From Myxococcota bacterium (GTDB taxonomy: Bacteria; Myxococcota_A; UBA9042; PHBI01; JAWLBL01): 64,000 bases of DNA. A program made the position numbers and the translations under genes. Positions 1 through 11,700 of the stretch are shown here, in pieces. The notes beneath the pieces were generated by a model. The model saw only the letters and a program-made list of their open reading frames with translations. It did no database searches and had not been told where the DNA came from. Positions within the stretch are counted from its first letter, which is position 1, and each line of letters starts with the position of its first letter. The stretch covers positions 52,258 through 116,257 of the forward strand of contig JAWLBL010000029.1 of the NCBI GenBank assembly GCA_041687695.1. Reading direction: 5' to 3'.

Positions 1-231
1 CGGCCAGGTCGACATCGTCCGCCACCTCCCCCTGCCGGCCGTCCGCCCCCTCCTCTGGCTCTTCCGCCCTCCCCTGGGCTGACCCGCCAGGCCCTCAGGA
101 CCCGACCCAAGTCGCGGTCGTTGGCGCCCCACGACCCGACTGTGGGTGCGGTCCTCGCCACGACGGCCTGCCCCCTGAACCCGACCCTCGGTACGATACG
201 CTTCGAGCGGGCCGCTTCATGGAGATCCGTC

Positions 232-1104
232 GTGGACCTGAATGAGATCCTCGTCTTTGCCGAGGTGGCAAAGGCCGGCAGCTTCACCCGCGCGGCGCGC
301 GCCCTGTCGATGTCGAAGTCCACCGTGAGCGAGAAGGTCGCCGCGCTCGAGCGACGCCTGAACGCGAGGCTGTTGCACCGGACGACGCGGGCGCTCGCCC
401 TCACCGAGGCGGGCCGCACGTGGCTCGCGCACGGCGCCCGGATCCTGTCCGCGGTGCAGGAGGCGGAGCACGCGATGACCTCGCTCCAGGCGGCTCCGAG
501 CGGACTGCTGCGGATCACCACCCCGTTCAACTTCGCGGGGTTCACCTCGGTGCTCAGCGGCTACCTCGCGCGCTACCCGCAGGTGCGGATCGACCTCGTC
601 TGTACGGACCGCCCGGTGAACCTCGTCGCCGAAGGCTTCGACCTCGCGGTGCGCATGGGTCACCTCGCCGACTCGACCCTCGTCGCCCGTCGCATCGGGG
701 CGCACGAGAGTCACCTCGTGGCGAGCCCGGGGTACCTCGACGCTCGCGGACGCCCCCGCACGGTCGAAGCCCTCTCGACCCACGCCGCGCTCGTGTTCGC
801 GGGGGGCGAGCGTGCGTCGACATGGCGCCTGCAGTCGGGCCGAAGAACGGCCGCCCTCGAGCCGGTCGCCCGGCTCGTCGCGAACGATCTGGAGATCATC
901 CGACAGGCCTCGCGCGACGGGCTCGGGGTCGCGCTGCTCCCCGAGGAGCTCTGCGCGGCGGATCTCGCCGCGGGCCGCCTGGAGCGGGTGCTTCCCCGAT
1001 GGGCTGCTCCGGGGGTGCCGCTGCACGTGCTCCACCCGAGCGCCAGACAGCTCGACCCGAAGGTGCGTGCCTTCATCGACCACATCGGGTCGCGGCGCGG
1101 CTGA
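232..1104 (+). CDS. LysR-family transcriptional regulator (CrgA-like)
   Basis: N-terminal LysR HTH (FAEVAKAGSFTRAARALSMSKSTVS...LLHRTTR) and substrate domain (VNLVAEGFDLAVRMG). GTG start at 232 chosen after GGAG. Confidence 0.93.
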   Translation: MDLNEILVFAEVAKAGSFTRAARALSMSKSTVSEKVAALERRLNARLLHRTTRALALTEAGRTWLAHGARILSAVQEAEHAMTSLQAAPSGLLRITTPFNFAGFTSVLSGYLARYPQVRIDLVCTDRPVNLVAEGFDLAVRMGHLADSTLVARRIGAHESHLVASPGYLDARGRPRTVEALSTHAALVFAGGERASTWRLQSGRRTAALEPVARLVANDLEIIRQASRDGLGVALLPEELCAADLAAGRLERVLPRWAAPGVPLHVLHPSARQLDPKVRAFIDHIGSRRG

Positions 1105-1179
1105 TTGTCCGACAGGGCCGAACGGTGTTTCCGAAATCCGGCGCTCGTCCGGACGACCGAGGGCTGCTACTGAAGGGGC

Positions 1180-2067
1180 ATGACGCGAACCCACGCTCCC
1201 CTCGTCCTCGTCCTCGCCCTGGGCCTCGCGGCCTGCACCGAGGCCGCTCCTTCGCCCCCGCGCGCCCCTCACGTGACCGTGCGGTGGCTGGGAGGACCGA
1301 CCGCGCTGCTCGAGCTGGGCGATTTCACCCTCCTCACCGACCCCGTCTTCGGCGAAGGAGAGGACGCCTTCCGGATCGAGGTGAATCCGAACACTGGCGA
1401 AAAGGACGCCCCCATCCAGCGCCTCCGACCACTGCCAGCCTTCCCGCGCGACACCGTCTCCCTCGTGCTCGTCAGCCACGCGCACACCGATCACTTCGAC
1501 CCGACCGCTCGCCGCGCCCTCTCGCACGACCTGCCGCTCGTGCTCCCGGTCCACCAGGTGGATTCGGCGAGGGCGGCCGGCTTTCACCGGGCCGACGGAA
1601 TCGACTGGTTCGAGGAGAAGGTCTTCCGCGCGGGCACCACCACGCTGCGCGTCACTGCGGTGCCCGCGCGCCACGCCCACGACGAGCACGTCGATCGCTT
1701 CCTCGGCCGAGGCAACGGCTACTGGCTCACCGTCGAGCAGAACGGCCTGCGCCGGAGCGTCTACTGGACGGGAGACACCGTCCTGTTCGACGTGCTGCCG
1801 GGGGTGCGGGCGCGCTTCGGTCGACCGGACCTCCTGCTTCCACACCTCGGTGGTGTTGGGAAAGGAGGCGCGCTGGGGCAGCTGACCCTCGACGCGGACG
1901 ACTGCCTCGAGCTCGTCCGGATGTTCGAGCCGGGCACGGTCGTTCCGCTGCACCACTCCACGTTCTCGTTGTACCGTGAGCCCATCTCCGAGCTCGTGCG
2001 GCGCTGGAAGGATGTGCCGGGCGTCCGGCTCGTGGTCCTCGACGAAGGTGAGGAGGTGGCGCCGTGA
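1180..2067 (+). CDS. Metallo-beta-lactamase-fold hydrolase, predicted lipoprotein
   Basis: SHAHTDH motif, LTDPVF, YWTGDT and VPLHH motifs; lipobox LAAC. Confidence 0.88.
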   Translation: MTRTHAPLVLVLALGLAACTEAAPSPPRAPHVTVRWLGGPTALLELGDFTLLTDPVFGEGEDAFRIEVNPNTGEKDAPIQRLRPLPAFPRDTVSLVLVSHAHTDHFDPTARRALSHDLPLVLPVHQVDSARAAGFHRADGIDWFEEKVFRAGTTTLRVTAVPARHAHDEHVDRFLGRGNGYWLTVEQNGLRRSVYWTGDTVLFDVLPGVRARFGRPDLLLPHLGGVGKGGALGQLTLDADDCLELVRMFEPGTVVPLHHSTFSLYREPISELVRRWKDVPGVRLVVLDEGEEVAP

Positions 2068-2456
2068 ATCGAGTCGACGTCGTCCGCGAGCTCTATCGCG
2101 CGTTCCGGGAGCGGGACGATGCGCGCCTCTTCGCGCTCTGCACCGAGGATCTCGAGTGGCGCCAGAACCCGGGCTTCCCGGGTGGCGGCGTGCATCACGG
2201 CGTCGAGGCCGTGGTCCGCAGGATCTTCGCCGGATTCGCTGGCGCGTGGTCCTCGTTCTCCTTCGAGCCCGAGTCGATGAACGAGGTGGACGACGTGGTC
2301 TTCGTCACCGGCGTCTACCGCGCCCGGGCACGCACGAGCGGCCGCGAGGTGGTCTGCGAGGCCTGTCACGTCTACACGTTCCGAGGGCCACGCATCTGCC
2401 GGTTCCAGCAGTACGCGGACACCTGGGTGCTCCAGGAGGCGTTGAGGGGCGGCTGA
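2064..2456 (+). CDS. SnoaL/NTF2-like family protein
   Basis: VVRELYRAF...[10 protein letters not shown]...FQQYADT pattern; overlaps the upstream stop codon (GTGA). Confidence 0.85.
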   Translation: MNRVDVVRELYRAFRERDDARLFALCTEDLEWRQNPGFPGGGVHHGVEAVVRRIFAGFAGAWSSFSFEPESMNEVDDVVFVTGVYRARARTSGREVVCEACHVYTFRGPRICRFQQYADTWVLQEALRGG

Positions 2457-2589
2457 GACGTCTCGACCGGCGCGTGAGACATGCCGGCCGGCCGCGCGAA
2501 TCGACTCGCCTCGAGCCTGCGCCGTGACTCCCTTCGGTTGCATTCGGGACCCCGCAATGCGAGGAAGGGCGCACACGACAGGGGCGAAC

Positions 2590-4149
2590 ATGGGCGAAGA
2601 CCATCCTCAGGCGACCGGGCCGCTCGGCGAGCTCTACGGGACCTCGCTGGCGCTGCTGACCGATCTGTATCAGCTCACCATGGCCTACGGGTACTGGCGC
2701 TCGGGCAACGCCAGCAAGCAGGCCGCCTTTCACCTGTTCTTCCGCAAGGCGCCGTTCGGCGGCGGCTACGCCATCGCCTGCGGGCTGCCCTACGTCGCCG
2801 AGTACCTCGAGCGCTTCCGCTTCACGACCGGCGACCTCGACTACCTCGCGACCCTGACCGGCAACGACGGCGCGCCGCTGTTCGACGACGGCTTCCTCGC
2901 CTACCTCCGCGACCTGCGCTTTTCCTGCGACGTCGACGCCGTCCCCGAGGGCACCGTCGTCTTCGCCCACGAGCCGCTCCTCCGCATCACCGGCTCCATC
3001 ATCGAGGCGCAGCTCCTCGAGACGCCGCTGCTGAACCTCCTGAACTTCCAGACCCTCATCGCCACCAAGGCCGCCCGCGTCGTCCACGCCACCGGCGGCG
3101 AGCCGGTCCTCGAGTTCGGCCTGCGCCGCGCGCAAGGCGTCGACGGCGGCCTCGCCGCCAGCCGCGCCGCCTTCGTCGGTGGCTGCGCCGCGACCTCGAA
3201 CGTCCTCGCCGGCCGCCTCTTCGGCGTCCCCGTCCGCGGCACCCACGCCCACAGCTGGGTCATGAGCTTCGACACCGAGCTCGAAGCCTTCCAGGCCTAC
3301 GCCGAGGCCATGCCCAACAACTGCGTCTTCCTGGTCGACACCTACGACACCCTCCAGGGCGTCCGCCACGCCGTCCAGGTCGGCCGCTGGCTCAGCGAGC
3401 GCGGCCACCAGATGGTCGGCGTCCGCCTCGACTCGGGAGATCTGGCCTGGCTCAGCATCGAGGCCCGCAAGATCCTCGACGAAGGCGGCTTCCCCGACGC
3501 CGTCATCGTCGCCTCGAGCGACCTCGACGAGCACGTCATCCAAAGCCTCAAGACCCAGCACGCCAAGATCACCGTCTGGGGCGTCGGCACCAAGCTCGCC
3601 ACCGCCTACGACCAGCCCGCCCTCGGCGGCGTCTACAAGCTCGCCGCCGTCCGCCCCGGCCCCGACGCCCCCTGGGAGCCCCGCCTCAAGCTCTCCGAGC
3701 AGGCCATCAAGGTCTCGACCCCCGGCGTCCAGCAGGTCCGCCGCTTCATCCAGGGCGGCGAGCTGGTCGGCGACGCCATCTACGACACCTCGACCCCGCC
3801 CCCGGACGGCGACTGGGTCATCGTCGACCCCACCGACCCCACCCGCCGCAAGCGCCTGCCCTCTGGCGCCGCCCAAGAGGACCTGCTCGTCCCGATCTTC
3901 CGCCACGGCCGGCGAGTCTGGCAGCCTCCACCGCTGGCCGACGCCCAGGCCCGCACCCGCGCCCAGCTCGCCCTGCTCCACCCCGGCGTCAAGCGCTTCT
4001 TGAACCCCCACCCGGTCCCCGTCGGGCTCGAAGAGCACCTGCACGCCCTCAAGACCCGCCTCGTGATGAGGGCCCGAGGCTTCGAGGCGCGCCACGCCTC
4101 GGGTAGCGTCCCTCCGTCCCCTCCGGACCGCTCGGGTGACCCGTCATGA
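2590..4149 (+). CDS. pncB: Nicotinate phosphoribosyltransferase
   Basis: [40 protein letters not shown] and GGVYKL motifs. Confidence 0.96.
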   Translation: MGEDHPQATGPLGELYGTSLALLTDLYQLTMAYGYWRSGNASKQAAFHLFFRKAPFGGGYAIACGLPYVAEYLERFRFTTGDLDYLATLTGNDGAPLFDDGFLAYLRDLRFSCDVDAVPEGTVVFAHEPLLRITGSIIEAQLLETPLLNLLNFQTLIATKAARVVHATGGEPVLEFGLRRAQGVDGGLAASRAAFVGGCAATSNVLAGRLFGVPVRGTHAHSWVMSFDTELEAFQAYAEAMPNNCVFLVDTYDTLQGVRHAVQVGRWLSERGHQMVGVRLDSGDLAWLSIEARKILDEGGFPDAVIVASSDLDEHVIQSLKTQHAKITVWGVGTKLATAYDQPALGGVYKLAAVRPGPDAPWEPRLKLSEQAIKVSTPGVQQVRRFIQGGELVGDAIYDTSTPPPDGDWVIVDPTDPTRRKRLPSGAAQEDLLVPIFRHGRRVWQPPPLADAQARTRAQLALLHPGVKRFLNPHPVPVGLEEHLHALKTRLVMRARGFEARHASGSVPPSPPDRSGDPS

Positions 4150-6140
4150 AGCTCCTCAAGGTCGCGGCCGCCGTCTTGAACCAGACGCCGCTCGCCTGGG
4201 ACGCCAACAAGGCCAACATCCTCGCCGCCATCGCCCAGGCCCGCGCCGAAGGCGTCAGCCTCCTGTGCCTGCCCGAGCTGTGCATCACCGGCTACGGCTG
4301 CGAGGACGGCTTCCACATGCCCGGCGTCCACCAGCTGGCGCTGGACGTCCTGCACGAGATCCTGCCGCACACCCAGGGCCTCATCGTCTCGGTCGGGCTG
4401 CCGCTCTTTTTCCGCAACGCCCTGTTCAACACCGCCTGCCTCATCGCCGACGCCCACATCCAGGGCTTCGTCGCCAAGCGCTTCCTCGCCGGCGACGGCA
4501 TCCACTACGAGCCGCGCTGGTTCAAGGCCTGGCCCGCCGGCCAACGCGCCGAGGTCACCCTGGGCGGCCGCGCCTACCCGCTGGGCGACCTCCACTTCGA
4601 CTGCGGCGGCGTCAAGGTCGGCTTCGAGATCTGCGAGGACGCCTGGGTCGCCACCCGCCCCGGCAGCCAGCTGTCGGTCAAGGGCGTCGACGTCATCCTG
4701 AACCCCAGCGCCAGCCACTTCGCCTTCGGCAAGTTCGACGTCCGCCAGCGCTTCGTCCTCGAGGGCTCGCGCGCCTTCGGCGTCACCTACGTCTACTCGA
4801 ACCTGCTCGGCAACGAGGCCGGCCGCGCCATCTACGACGGCGGCGCCATGATCGCCACCGCCGGCCGCCTGGTCGCCACCGGGCCGCGCTTTTCCTTCCA
4901 ACAGGTCGCCCTCACCACCGCCGTGGTCGACGTCGCCGCCACCCGCATGGCCCAGGCCCGCTCGGGCAGCTTCCGCCCCGATCTGGACGCCCCCACCAGC
5001 GACTGCGTGGCCGTCCCCTTCGACTACCCGCGCCTCGACCCGCAGGTCCCCACCCCGGGCGGCGCCAGCTGGGAGCACGGCCCCCACGTCAAAGAGGAAG
5101 AGTTCGCCCGCGCCGTCTCGCTCGCCCTGTTCGACTACATGCGCAAGAGCCGCTCGCGCGGCTTCGTCGTCTCGCTCAGCGGCGGCGCCGACTCGGCGGC
5201 CTGCGCGTGCCTGGTCCACCTGATGGCGCGCCTGGCCTCGGACGAGCTGGGCTGGGCCGACCTGTGGGCGCGGCTGGCCTACCTGAAGGATCTCGCCGAC
5301 ATCGACGACGCCCGCCAGGCGACCCGCGCGCTGCTCGTGACCGCCTACCAGGGCACCCGCAACAGCTCGCAGGCGACCCGCCAGTCGGCCGCCGCCATCG
5401 CCGAGGCCATCGGCGCCCAGCACCACGAGCTGGACGTGGACGACGTCGTCGGCGACTACCTGGCCCTGGTCGAGGGCGCGCTCGGGCGGCGCCTGTCCTG
5501 GGAGACCGACGACCTCGCGCTGCAGAACATCCAGGCCCGCGCCCGCGCGCCGGGCATTTGGATGTTCGCCAACCTGCGCGGCGCGCTCCTGCTCGCGACC
5601 TCCAACCGCTCCGAGGCGGCGGTCGGCTACGCCACCATGGACGGCGACACCGCCGGCGGCCTCAGCCCCATCGGCGGCATCGACAAGGCCTTCCTGCGCC
5701 GCTGGCTGCGCTGGCTCGAGGCGCACGGCCCCGACGGACGCATGGCCATCGCGGCCCTCGCCCACGTCAACGCGCTGCAGCCCACCGCCGAGCTGCGCCC
5801 GCCCAGCGCCTCGCAGACCGACGAAGACGATCTGATGCCCTACGACCTCCTCGACGCCATCGAGCGCGCGGCCATCCGCGACAAGCGCGTCCCGCTCGAG
5901 GTCTATCACCTGATGCGCGCGCACCACCCGGACCTCGACCCGCGCCAGCTGGGCGTGTGGGTCGAGCGCTTCTTCCGCCTGTGGTCGCGCAACCAGTGGA
6001 AGCGCGAGCGCTACGCCCCGTCCTTCCACCTCGACGACGAGAACCTGGACCCGAAGACCTGGTGCCGCTTCCCCATCCTGTCGGGCGGCTTCGAGCGCGA
6101 GCTGGCCGAGCTGCGCGCCTTCGTCGCCCGGGGCGGCTGA
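4146..6140 (+). CDS. nadE: Glutamine-dependent NAD+ synthetase
   Basis: Nitrilase domain ([14 protein letters not shown]) fused to a synthetase domain ([29 protein letters not shown]). Confidence 0.96.
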   Translation: MKLLKVAAAVLNQTPLAWDANKANILAAIAQARAEGVSLLCLPELCITGYGCEDGFHMPGVHQLALDVLHEILPHTQGLIVSVGLPLFFRNALFNTACLIADAHIQGFVAKRFLAGDGIHYEPRWFKAWPAGQRAEVTLGGRAYPLGDLHFDCGGVKVGFEICEDAWVATRPGSQLSVKGVDVILNPSASHFAFGKFDVRQRFVLEGSRAFGVTYVYSNLLGNEAGRAIYDGGAMIATAGRLVATGPRFSFQQVALTTAVVDVAATRMAQARSGSFRPDLDAPTSDCVAVPFDYPRLDPQVPTPGGASWEHGPHVKEEEFARAVSLALFDYMRKSRSRGFVVSLSGGADSAACACLVHLMARLASDELGWADLWARLAYLKDLADIDDARQATRALLVTAYQGTRNSSQATRQSAAAIAEAIGAQHHELDVDDVVGDYLALVEGALGRRLSWETDDLALQNIQARARAPGIWMFANLRGALLLATSNRSEAAVGYATMDGDTAGGLSPIGGIDKAFLRRWLRWLEAHGPDGRMAIAALAHVNALQPTAELRPPSASQTDEDDLMPYDLLDAIERAAIRDKRVPLEVYHLMRAHHPDLDPRQLGVWVERFFRLWSRNQWKRERYAPSFHLDDENLDPKTWCRFPILSGGFERELAELRAFVARGG

Positions 6141-6198
6141 GCGGGGCGGCGCCCGTGACGACGACGGCGGGCGACCCGCCGCGCAAGGAGGCTGACCG

Positions 6199-6828
6199 AT
6201 GCGAAGCGAACCCAAGCGTGCCCTCATCCTGGTCGACCTGCAGAACGACTTCTGCACCGGCGGCGCCCTCGAGGTGCCCCACGGCGAGGAGGTCGTGCCC
6301 ATCGCCAACCAGCTGCAGGGCCTGTTCGACCTGGTGGTCGCCACCCAGGACTGGCACCCGCCCGACCACGGCAGCTTCGCCTCGCAGCACCGGGGCCACG
6401 CGCCGGGCGACGTCGTCGAGCTGGGCGGGCTGTCGCAGGTCCTGTGGCCCGACCACTGCGTGCAGGGCACCCCGGGGGCCGAGTTCGTCGCGACGCTGGA
6501 CACCAGCCGCGTCGCCAAGGTGTTCCGCAAGGGCACCGACCGGCAAATCGACTCGTACAGTGGCTTTTTCGACAACGGCCACAGGAAGGCGACCGGCCTG
6601 GGCGACTACCTGCGCGAGCAGGGCGTCGGCGAGGTGGTGGTGCTGGGCCTCGCGACCGACTACTGCGTCAAGTGGACGGCGCTGGACGCGCGCGAGCTGG
6701 GCTTCGAGGCGGCGCTCGTCTCCGACGCCTGCCGCGGCGTCGAGCTGGCCCCTGGCGACGTCGACCGCGCCGTGACCGAGATGCGCGAGGCCGGCGTCCG
6801 CATCATCCGCTCGCGCGATCTGCTCTGA
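6199..6828 (+). CDS. pncA: Nicotinamidase/pyrazinamidase
   Basis: VDLQNDF, TQDWHP, WPDHCVQG, DSYSGF and GLATDYCV motifs. Confidence 0.96.
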   Translation: MRSEPKRALILVDLQNDFCTGGALEVPHGEEVVPIANQLQGLFDLVVATQDWHPPDHGSFASQHRGHAPGDVVELGGLSQVLWPDHCVQGTPGAEFVATLDTSRVAKVFRKGTDRQIDSYSGFFDNGHRKATGLGDYLREQGVGEVVVLGLATDYCVKWTALDARELGFEAALVSDACRGVELAPGDVDRAVTEMREAGVRIIRSRDLL

Positions 6829-6858
6829 ACGCCCACCGAGCCTGGCACATTCGACGCG

Positions 6859-6894
6859 AAAAGGCCGGGCCCTCCGCGAAGGAGAGCCCGGCCT
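6859..6894 (-). terminator. Intrinsic terminator between convergent genes
   Basis: aaaa-ggccgggc-cctcc-gcgaa-ggag-agcccggcct hairpin, with the U-tract on the minus strand. Confidence 0.7.
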
Positions 6895-6946
6895 GCCGTG
6901 ACGGGCGGCGGCGGCTCACGCCGTGGCCGCGCGGCTCACGAGGCGC

Positions 6947-8218
6947 TCAGTACTGCTCGCGCGGGAAGTAGCACTTGCCCTCGCCGCCCACGTCCCAGTC
7001 GATGAGCAGGTGCGGCGGGTGGCCGACGTGCGGGATGAGGTGCGAGATGAGCTTGCCCAGGTACAGATCGGTCTGCCAGGCGCAGTCGGGGAGATCGACG
7101 CACACCTGGTGGGTGCCGGGGCCGTAGACGTCGGTCTCGTTGTCGAAGACCCACTGCTTCTCGAAGGGCTTCACGGTGCCGTAGGGCAGCGCGTAGCTGG
7201 TGAAGCTGAGCTTGACCGGGCAGGCGCCCTCGGGGATGACGATGGTCGCGCAGCCGCCCTCGACGAAGCTGTACTTGTCGATGGCGTCGCGGGTCGTCTC
7301 CTCGCAGGCAGGCGGCAGGACCTGGCAAGGCTCACCGGCGAAGTACATCGGGAACTTCAGCGAGTCGCTGGAGACGCCGTCCTTGCCGTGCTTGCCGGCC
7401 CACTCCTCGACGCGCCAGGCCTTGCCGTCGTCCTCCATCATGTCGAAGACGGTGACCTTCAGCTCGACGGCGCCCGGCTCAGTGGCAAGGACGCGGATGC
7501 ACTCGGTGACCGAGCCGTCATCGTTGGTCTTGTGGCTGATGACCTCGAGCTCCTCGAGGTCGGCGCCGTCCTTCTGCTTCCACTCGAAGGTGAGCGGGTC
7601 GCCGTCGGGGTCGAGGGCGGTCGCGCAGACCTCGACGTGCTCGCAGGTCTCGGCGAACTTCGAGGGGTTGAAGTCCAGGTTGATGAGGGTCGGCGCCGTG
7701 TTGACCGTGCCGATGACGTCGAGGCCGCCGACCTCGTCGCCGTCACACTGGCTGACCAGCAGGATCTCGGTGGTCTTGCCGTCGAAGACCTTCACCTTCT
7801 TGTTCCAGGCGCTGCTGCAGTCCTCGACCGGCTTGCCCTCGTCGTCCACCGGCGTGGCCTTCACGGCGTAGCACCCGGCGGGCAGGGTGAAGAAGTGGTC
7901 GGCGAAGGCGTGCTCGCTGTCGGGGTCGAAGTCGCTGGCCGGGACGAACGAGGGCAGCGCGAAGTCCTCGAGGTCGACGGTGGCCTGCCAGTGGTGGGGC
8001 TCCTTGAGGGTCTCGTACTTGCACGGGATCTGCTTGACGTCGAACTGGAAGCCGGCGACGGCGTCGGCGGCGTACCCCATGGTCAGGGCCATGCCCGTGG
8101 TCGAGGTGGAGCCGTCGGGGGTCGCGTCGGTGGCGCAAGCGCCCATGGCCAGGGCCGCGGCCGAGGCCAGGCCCACGCCCAGCTGGCGGGCGCGCTTGGC
8201 GTTCGCAATGCGGATCAT
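6947..8218 (-). CDS. Cys-containing secreted lipoprotein (myxobacterial type), function unknown
   Basis: Signal peptide with lipobox (AMGAC); Ig-like stretch DPDGDPLTFEW; strong GC3 codon bias; GGAG RBS. Confidence 0.75.
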   Translation of the reverse strand: MIRIANAKRARQLGVGLASAAALAMGACATDATPDGSTSTTGMALTMGYAADAVAGFQFDVKQIPCKYETLKEPHHWQATVDLEDFALPSFVPASDFDPDSEHAFADHFFTLPAGCYAVKATPVDDEGKPVEDCSSAWNKKVKVFDGKTTEILLVSQCDGDEVGGLDVIGTVNTAPTLINLDFNPSKFAETCEHVEVCATALDPDGDPLTFEWKQKDGADLEELEVISHKTNDDGSVTECIRVLATEPGAVELKVTVFDMMEDDGKAWRVEEWAGKHGKDGVSSDSLKFPMYFAGEPCQVLPPACEETTRDAIDKYSFVEGGCATIVIPEGACPVKLSFTSYALPYGTVKPFEKQWVFDNETDVYGPGTHQVCVDLPDCAWQTDLYLGKLISHLIPHVGHPPHLLIDWDVGGEGKCYFPREQY

Positions 8219-8700
8219 GTCTCGTCTCCGAGAAGGGTGCGCGCGGCGGGCGAGCGGGGGGCTTCCGACACACGAGGGCGTGGCCGCCACGGGGGTCATG
8301 GCGGGGTCGGAGGCTCGCGAGAGGCCGCGCTACGGGAGGCAGAGTCGGGGAGGATGGGGAGGTGAGCGAGTCGCTCACGTCTGCGAACCCATAGCGCCCA
8401 GCGGGCCGCGTTCAACGGGAACTTTTCTCCGTTCTGCGGCCTCTCACGCCAAGTTTTGGCAATCTCTACAGAAAAAACTTCCGGTCGCTTTCCGCCGTCG
8501 GCGCCCCCCTCGGCCAAGTGCCCGCGAGCGCAGCCGCCACGTCGCAGATGGACCCGCCACCCTGCCTTCCAGGTCGCGACCCCATGTCGCCAGCGGGCCG
8601 GGCCAGGCCCTACGCCGTGATCGACAACGTCCGCGCGGCCTTGCGTCCGCTCGACGCTCGCGACGGCCCTCCGGCGCCCGCGCGGCGTCTGTTGCCGGAG

Positions 8701-10143
8701 CTACTTCAGCGCCGTCGCCTCGCCAGCCATCGCCTCCGGTGGAAGGCCCAGCGTGCGCGCACGCTCGCTCCGAATGTCGGTCGGCTGGAAGTCTCCGTGT
8801 CGCGCCAACGGGCGCAGCGTCGCCGCGTCCAGCACCGCCCATGGCGCCTCGTCCAGGTCGCGCCAGTCGCGCGAGTGGACCCACAGCCGCCCACCGTGAA
8901 AGTGGAACGGCTTGATCTCCTCTCCGACCTGCGCGGCCGCCGTCATCTGGCCCGTGGCGCCGTCGAGCACGGTGACCGCGCCGTGTTCGTCCAGGTAGTA
9001 GCGCCCCTGGTAGCGAATCAGCTTGTTGTAGAGCAGCCGCTGAGTCGCCGACGAACGCCAGGCCACGCGACGCGTCTCCAGGTCGACCATCGCCAGGTGG
9101 AAGTCGAAGCTCGTCGCGTCGGGGGCGGACGGGGCAACGAGGACCAGCGGAACGAAGCGCGTCAGCGACCCCGACCAGGGCTCGAGCTCGAGCGCCATCG
9201 CCCGCAGGTGCGACAGGTGGATGTCGTGGTTGAAGGCGTAGGCGCCCAGGTCCAGGCGCCAACGCTCGGCTCCGGTCGCCGGGTCGAGCCCCGCGAGCGC
9301 GGTGGGCCCTCGGTAGTCGGTCATGAAGACGACCAGGTCCGAGCCGAACGAACCGCAGGCCACCGGCATGGGCGCATCGGCCTGCTCGGCGGCATCGGAC
9401 GGCGGCGACACGCGGGCCAGCCTCGTCGGCCGGAAGTCGGGCAGATTCCAGCGCCACAGGTGATGCCGGTCGACCCCGAACAGGGCCTCCTGCGAGGCGC
9501 ACGGGCGAATCCGCGATGGCAACGTCGCGACGGCGCGGCCCGACCCTGGGTCGATGAGCTCCCAGGTCCAGACCTCGGGGCGCGACAGCAGCCAGGGTCC
9601 GAAACGCGACGGCAGGTCGCGAGAAGACACCTCGCGACGCTGCTCCCAGCGCACGCCCCCATCAGCAGACCCAATGCTGGTCACCTCCAACCCGTCGGCG
9701 CTCGCGTTGGCCACCGCGAATGCTTCATCGAACACGACCAGCCGCGCCGGGTCGAAGACGTGCTTGGCGCTACTCGACCGCTCCCACGAGGGCTCGCCGT
9801 CCGCGCGTCGAAACGCCTCGACCCGCGCCTCGGCCCCTTCGCGCGTCATCACGACGACGGTCTCCCCGCCGGCCGCCGCCTCGGGCCCATAGAAGGGCAG
9901 CGCCGGTTCGTGCGCGAGCTCGCGCCACCACACGACGCCCTGCCCCGCCCTCACCCGCGCCAACCAGAACCGCGACGGGTCGTCGTCGTCGTTGGCCCGG
10001 AACGTGATCAGCGCCTCGTCCGGCCCGATCGGCGTCAGCCCCGTGATGAAGCCCTGTGGGGCCCCGAACACGATCCGCCACAGCCACCAGCCGGCGACGA
10101 CCAGCGCCGCCCCCAGCCCGACGACTCCCGCGCGCTTCCGCAT
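8701..10143 (-). CDS. Membrane-anchored PQQ-like beta-propeller protein
   Basis: N-terminal TM helix; repeated D..TG...W motifs (DPATGAERW, DGATGQ, ADGEPSW). Confidence 0.65.
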   Translation of the reverse strand: MRKRAGVVGLGAALVVAGWWLWRIVFGAPQGFITGLTPIGPDEALITFRANDDDDPSRFWLARVRAGQGVVWWRELAHEPALPFYGPEAAAGGETVVVMTREGAEARVEAFRRADGEPSWERSSSAKHVFDPARLVVFDEAFAVANASADGLEVTSIGSADGGVRWEQRREVSSRDLPSRFGPWLLSRPEVWTWELIDPGSGRAVATLPSRIRPCASQEALFGVDRHHLWRWNLPDFRPTRLARVSPPSDAAEQADAPMPVACGSFGSDLVVFMTDYRGPTALAGLDPATGAERWRLDLGAYAFNHDIHLSHLRAMALELEPWSGSLTRFVPLVLVAPSAPDATSFDFHLAMVDLETRRVAWRSSATQRLLYNKLIRYQGRYYLDEHGAVTVLDGATGQMTAAAQVGEEIKPFHFHGGRLWVHSRDWRDLDEAPWAVLDAATLRPLARHGDFQPTDIRSERARTLGLPPEAMAGEATALK

Positions 10144-10281
10144 CGACGCCCCCGCATCTCACACCGCACGTCGCGGTCGGCGCAGCCTCCTACGCAGCGC
10201 AGCCGCCTGTAAACCCTCTCGAGCCCGAGACCCGCTGGCCGCCTCTGCGTTCGCGCTCGCTCGACGTCGCCGCTCGGCGGC

Positions 10282-10857
10282 TCAGCGCGCCAGCTCGGCC
10301 CAGAAGACGCCGCGCAGGTCGCCCTCCGCGAAGCCGGTGGCGCGATCGGCCGGGTACAGCTGGTCCAGGCGGGCGCGCAGCTCGGGCGCCAGGGCCTCGG
10401 CGGGGCCGTGACAGGTCGTGCACATGGGCGCGGTCGGGATGCCACGCACGACGCCCACCCGCTGCTCCGAGATGGGGACGGCCACGGGCTTGGGCGGCAG
10501 CAACGTCGCGGGCTCGGTCGTCGCCAGGAACTCGGCCAGCCAGGGGCGCGGCGCGTTGTCGGGGTTGCGCAGGCGGTGGCTGCTGCGGCCCAGCTCGAGG
10601 CGGTGCTTTTCGCCGATCTCGCGCGCCAGGGCCGGCGCGATGGCCGAGCAGACCGTCACGGCGTCGGCGGGCCCCGCCTTCAGCGCCTCTTGCAGGCGGC
10701 CGCCCAGCGTCTTCTGCAGCTCGTCCATGGCGGCGGTCGCGCGCGCCACGGCGGCCTGGTCGTCCAGCGGCGCGGGGGCCGGCGGTTCGGACTTGCAGGC
10801 GGCGAGCGACAGCAGCGCGGGCAGCGCGAGGGCGGACATGACACGAACGGGACGCAT
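10282..10857 (-). CDS. DUF3365-type c-type heme lipoprotein
   Basis: Lipobox LAAC, RLRNPDNAP, CTTCHG heme motif and YPADRATGF..GDLRG. Confidence 0.88.
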   Translation of the reverse strand: MRPVRVMSALALPALLSLAACKSEPPAPAPLDDQAAVARATAAMDELQKTLGGRLQEALKAGPADAVTVCSAIAPALAREIGEKHRLELGRSSHRLRNPDNAPRPWLAEFLATTEPATLLPPKPVAVPISEQRVGVVRGIPTAPMCTTCHGPAEALAPELRARLDQLYPADRATGFAEGDLRGVFWAELAR

Positions 10858-10970
10858 GGCGGGGCTCCTGGGCGGCGAGAGCGCTCGGCGGGCGGCTCCC
10901 GGGGCACGGCGGCGCGATCATCGGGCCGGGCGTGCGCCGCGACAAGCCCCGATTCAGCGTCAGGCCCCCT

Positions 10971-11621
10971 TCACGGCTTGGGGATGCGCAGGGTCGCGCT
11001 GATCATCGCCGAGCCGCTGAGCGCGAACATCAGCGTCAGCGGATGCAGGATGAAGGGGCCGAGCCGGTAGCCGCCCAGCCACAGATCGGGGCCGGTGGCC
11101 CCCTGCCAGAACGCCACCGCCATCACGGCGACCAGCAGCAGGCTGGTCGGGATGGGGGTGCCCTCGAAGTACTTCACCTTGCCGCGCTCGTCGGCCAGGG
11201 CGGTCGAGGTCACGTTGAAGCGCGCGAGCCGGCTGATGCCGCAGCACACGAAGTAGACCAGGACGACCGCGTCCCACCCGCCCCGCATGCCTATCGTGAA
11301 GGCCAACGCCGCCGGCGCGACCCCGAACGACACGATGTCGGCCAGCGAGTCCAGGTCGGCCCCCAGCGGCGACTGCTTGCGCCGCCACCGCGCGACCGCC
11401 CCATCGAACGCGTCGAGCACGAACGCGACCGGCAGCAGCGCGAACGCCACCCACAGGTAGGTCACCCGTGACTCCGCCGGCGTCGTCGGGTCCAGGTACC
11501 CCAGACACAGGAAGATCGCGCTCGTCCCCGCGGCCGCGTTCCCCAGGGTCAGGAAGTCCGCCAGCGCGAACCCGCGCAGCATGGAAAGGTGCTTCGGCTT
11601 GGCCGTCCGCTGTTCGCTCAT
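10971..11621 (-). CDS. pssA: CDP-alcohol phosphatidyltransferase (phosphatidylserine synthase-like)
   Basis: DAFDGAVAR...GADLDSLADIVSFGVAPA and RLARFN motifs. Confidence 0.85.
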   Translation of the reverse strand: MSEQRTAKPKHLSMLRGFALADFLTLGNAAAGTSAIFLCLGYLDPTTPAESRVTYLWVAFALLPVAFVLDAFDGAVARWRRKQSPLGADLDSLADIVSFGVAPAALAFTIGMRGGWDAVVLVYFVCCGISRLARFNVTSTALADERGKVKYFEGTPIPTSLLLVAVMAVAFWQGATGPDLWLGGYRLGPFILHPLTLMFALSGSAMISATLRIPKP

Positions 11622-11700
11622 GGCCTGACCCTACCGCGCCCTCCCCCGCCGCGCATCCCCTCAGCCGTCACCGGCTCCTCACTGCAACCACGACCTCGGC

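Noticed and set aside
2457..2589. NAD-related riboswitch or NrtR site upstream of pncB
   Set aside because: No recognisable consensus or palindrome.
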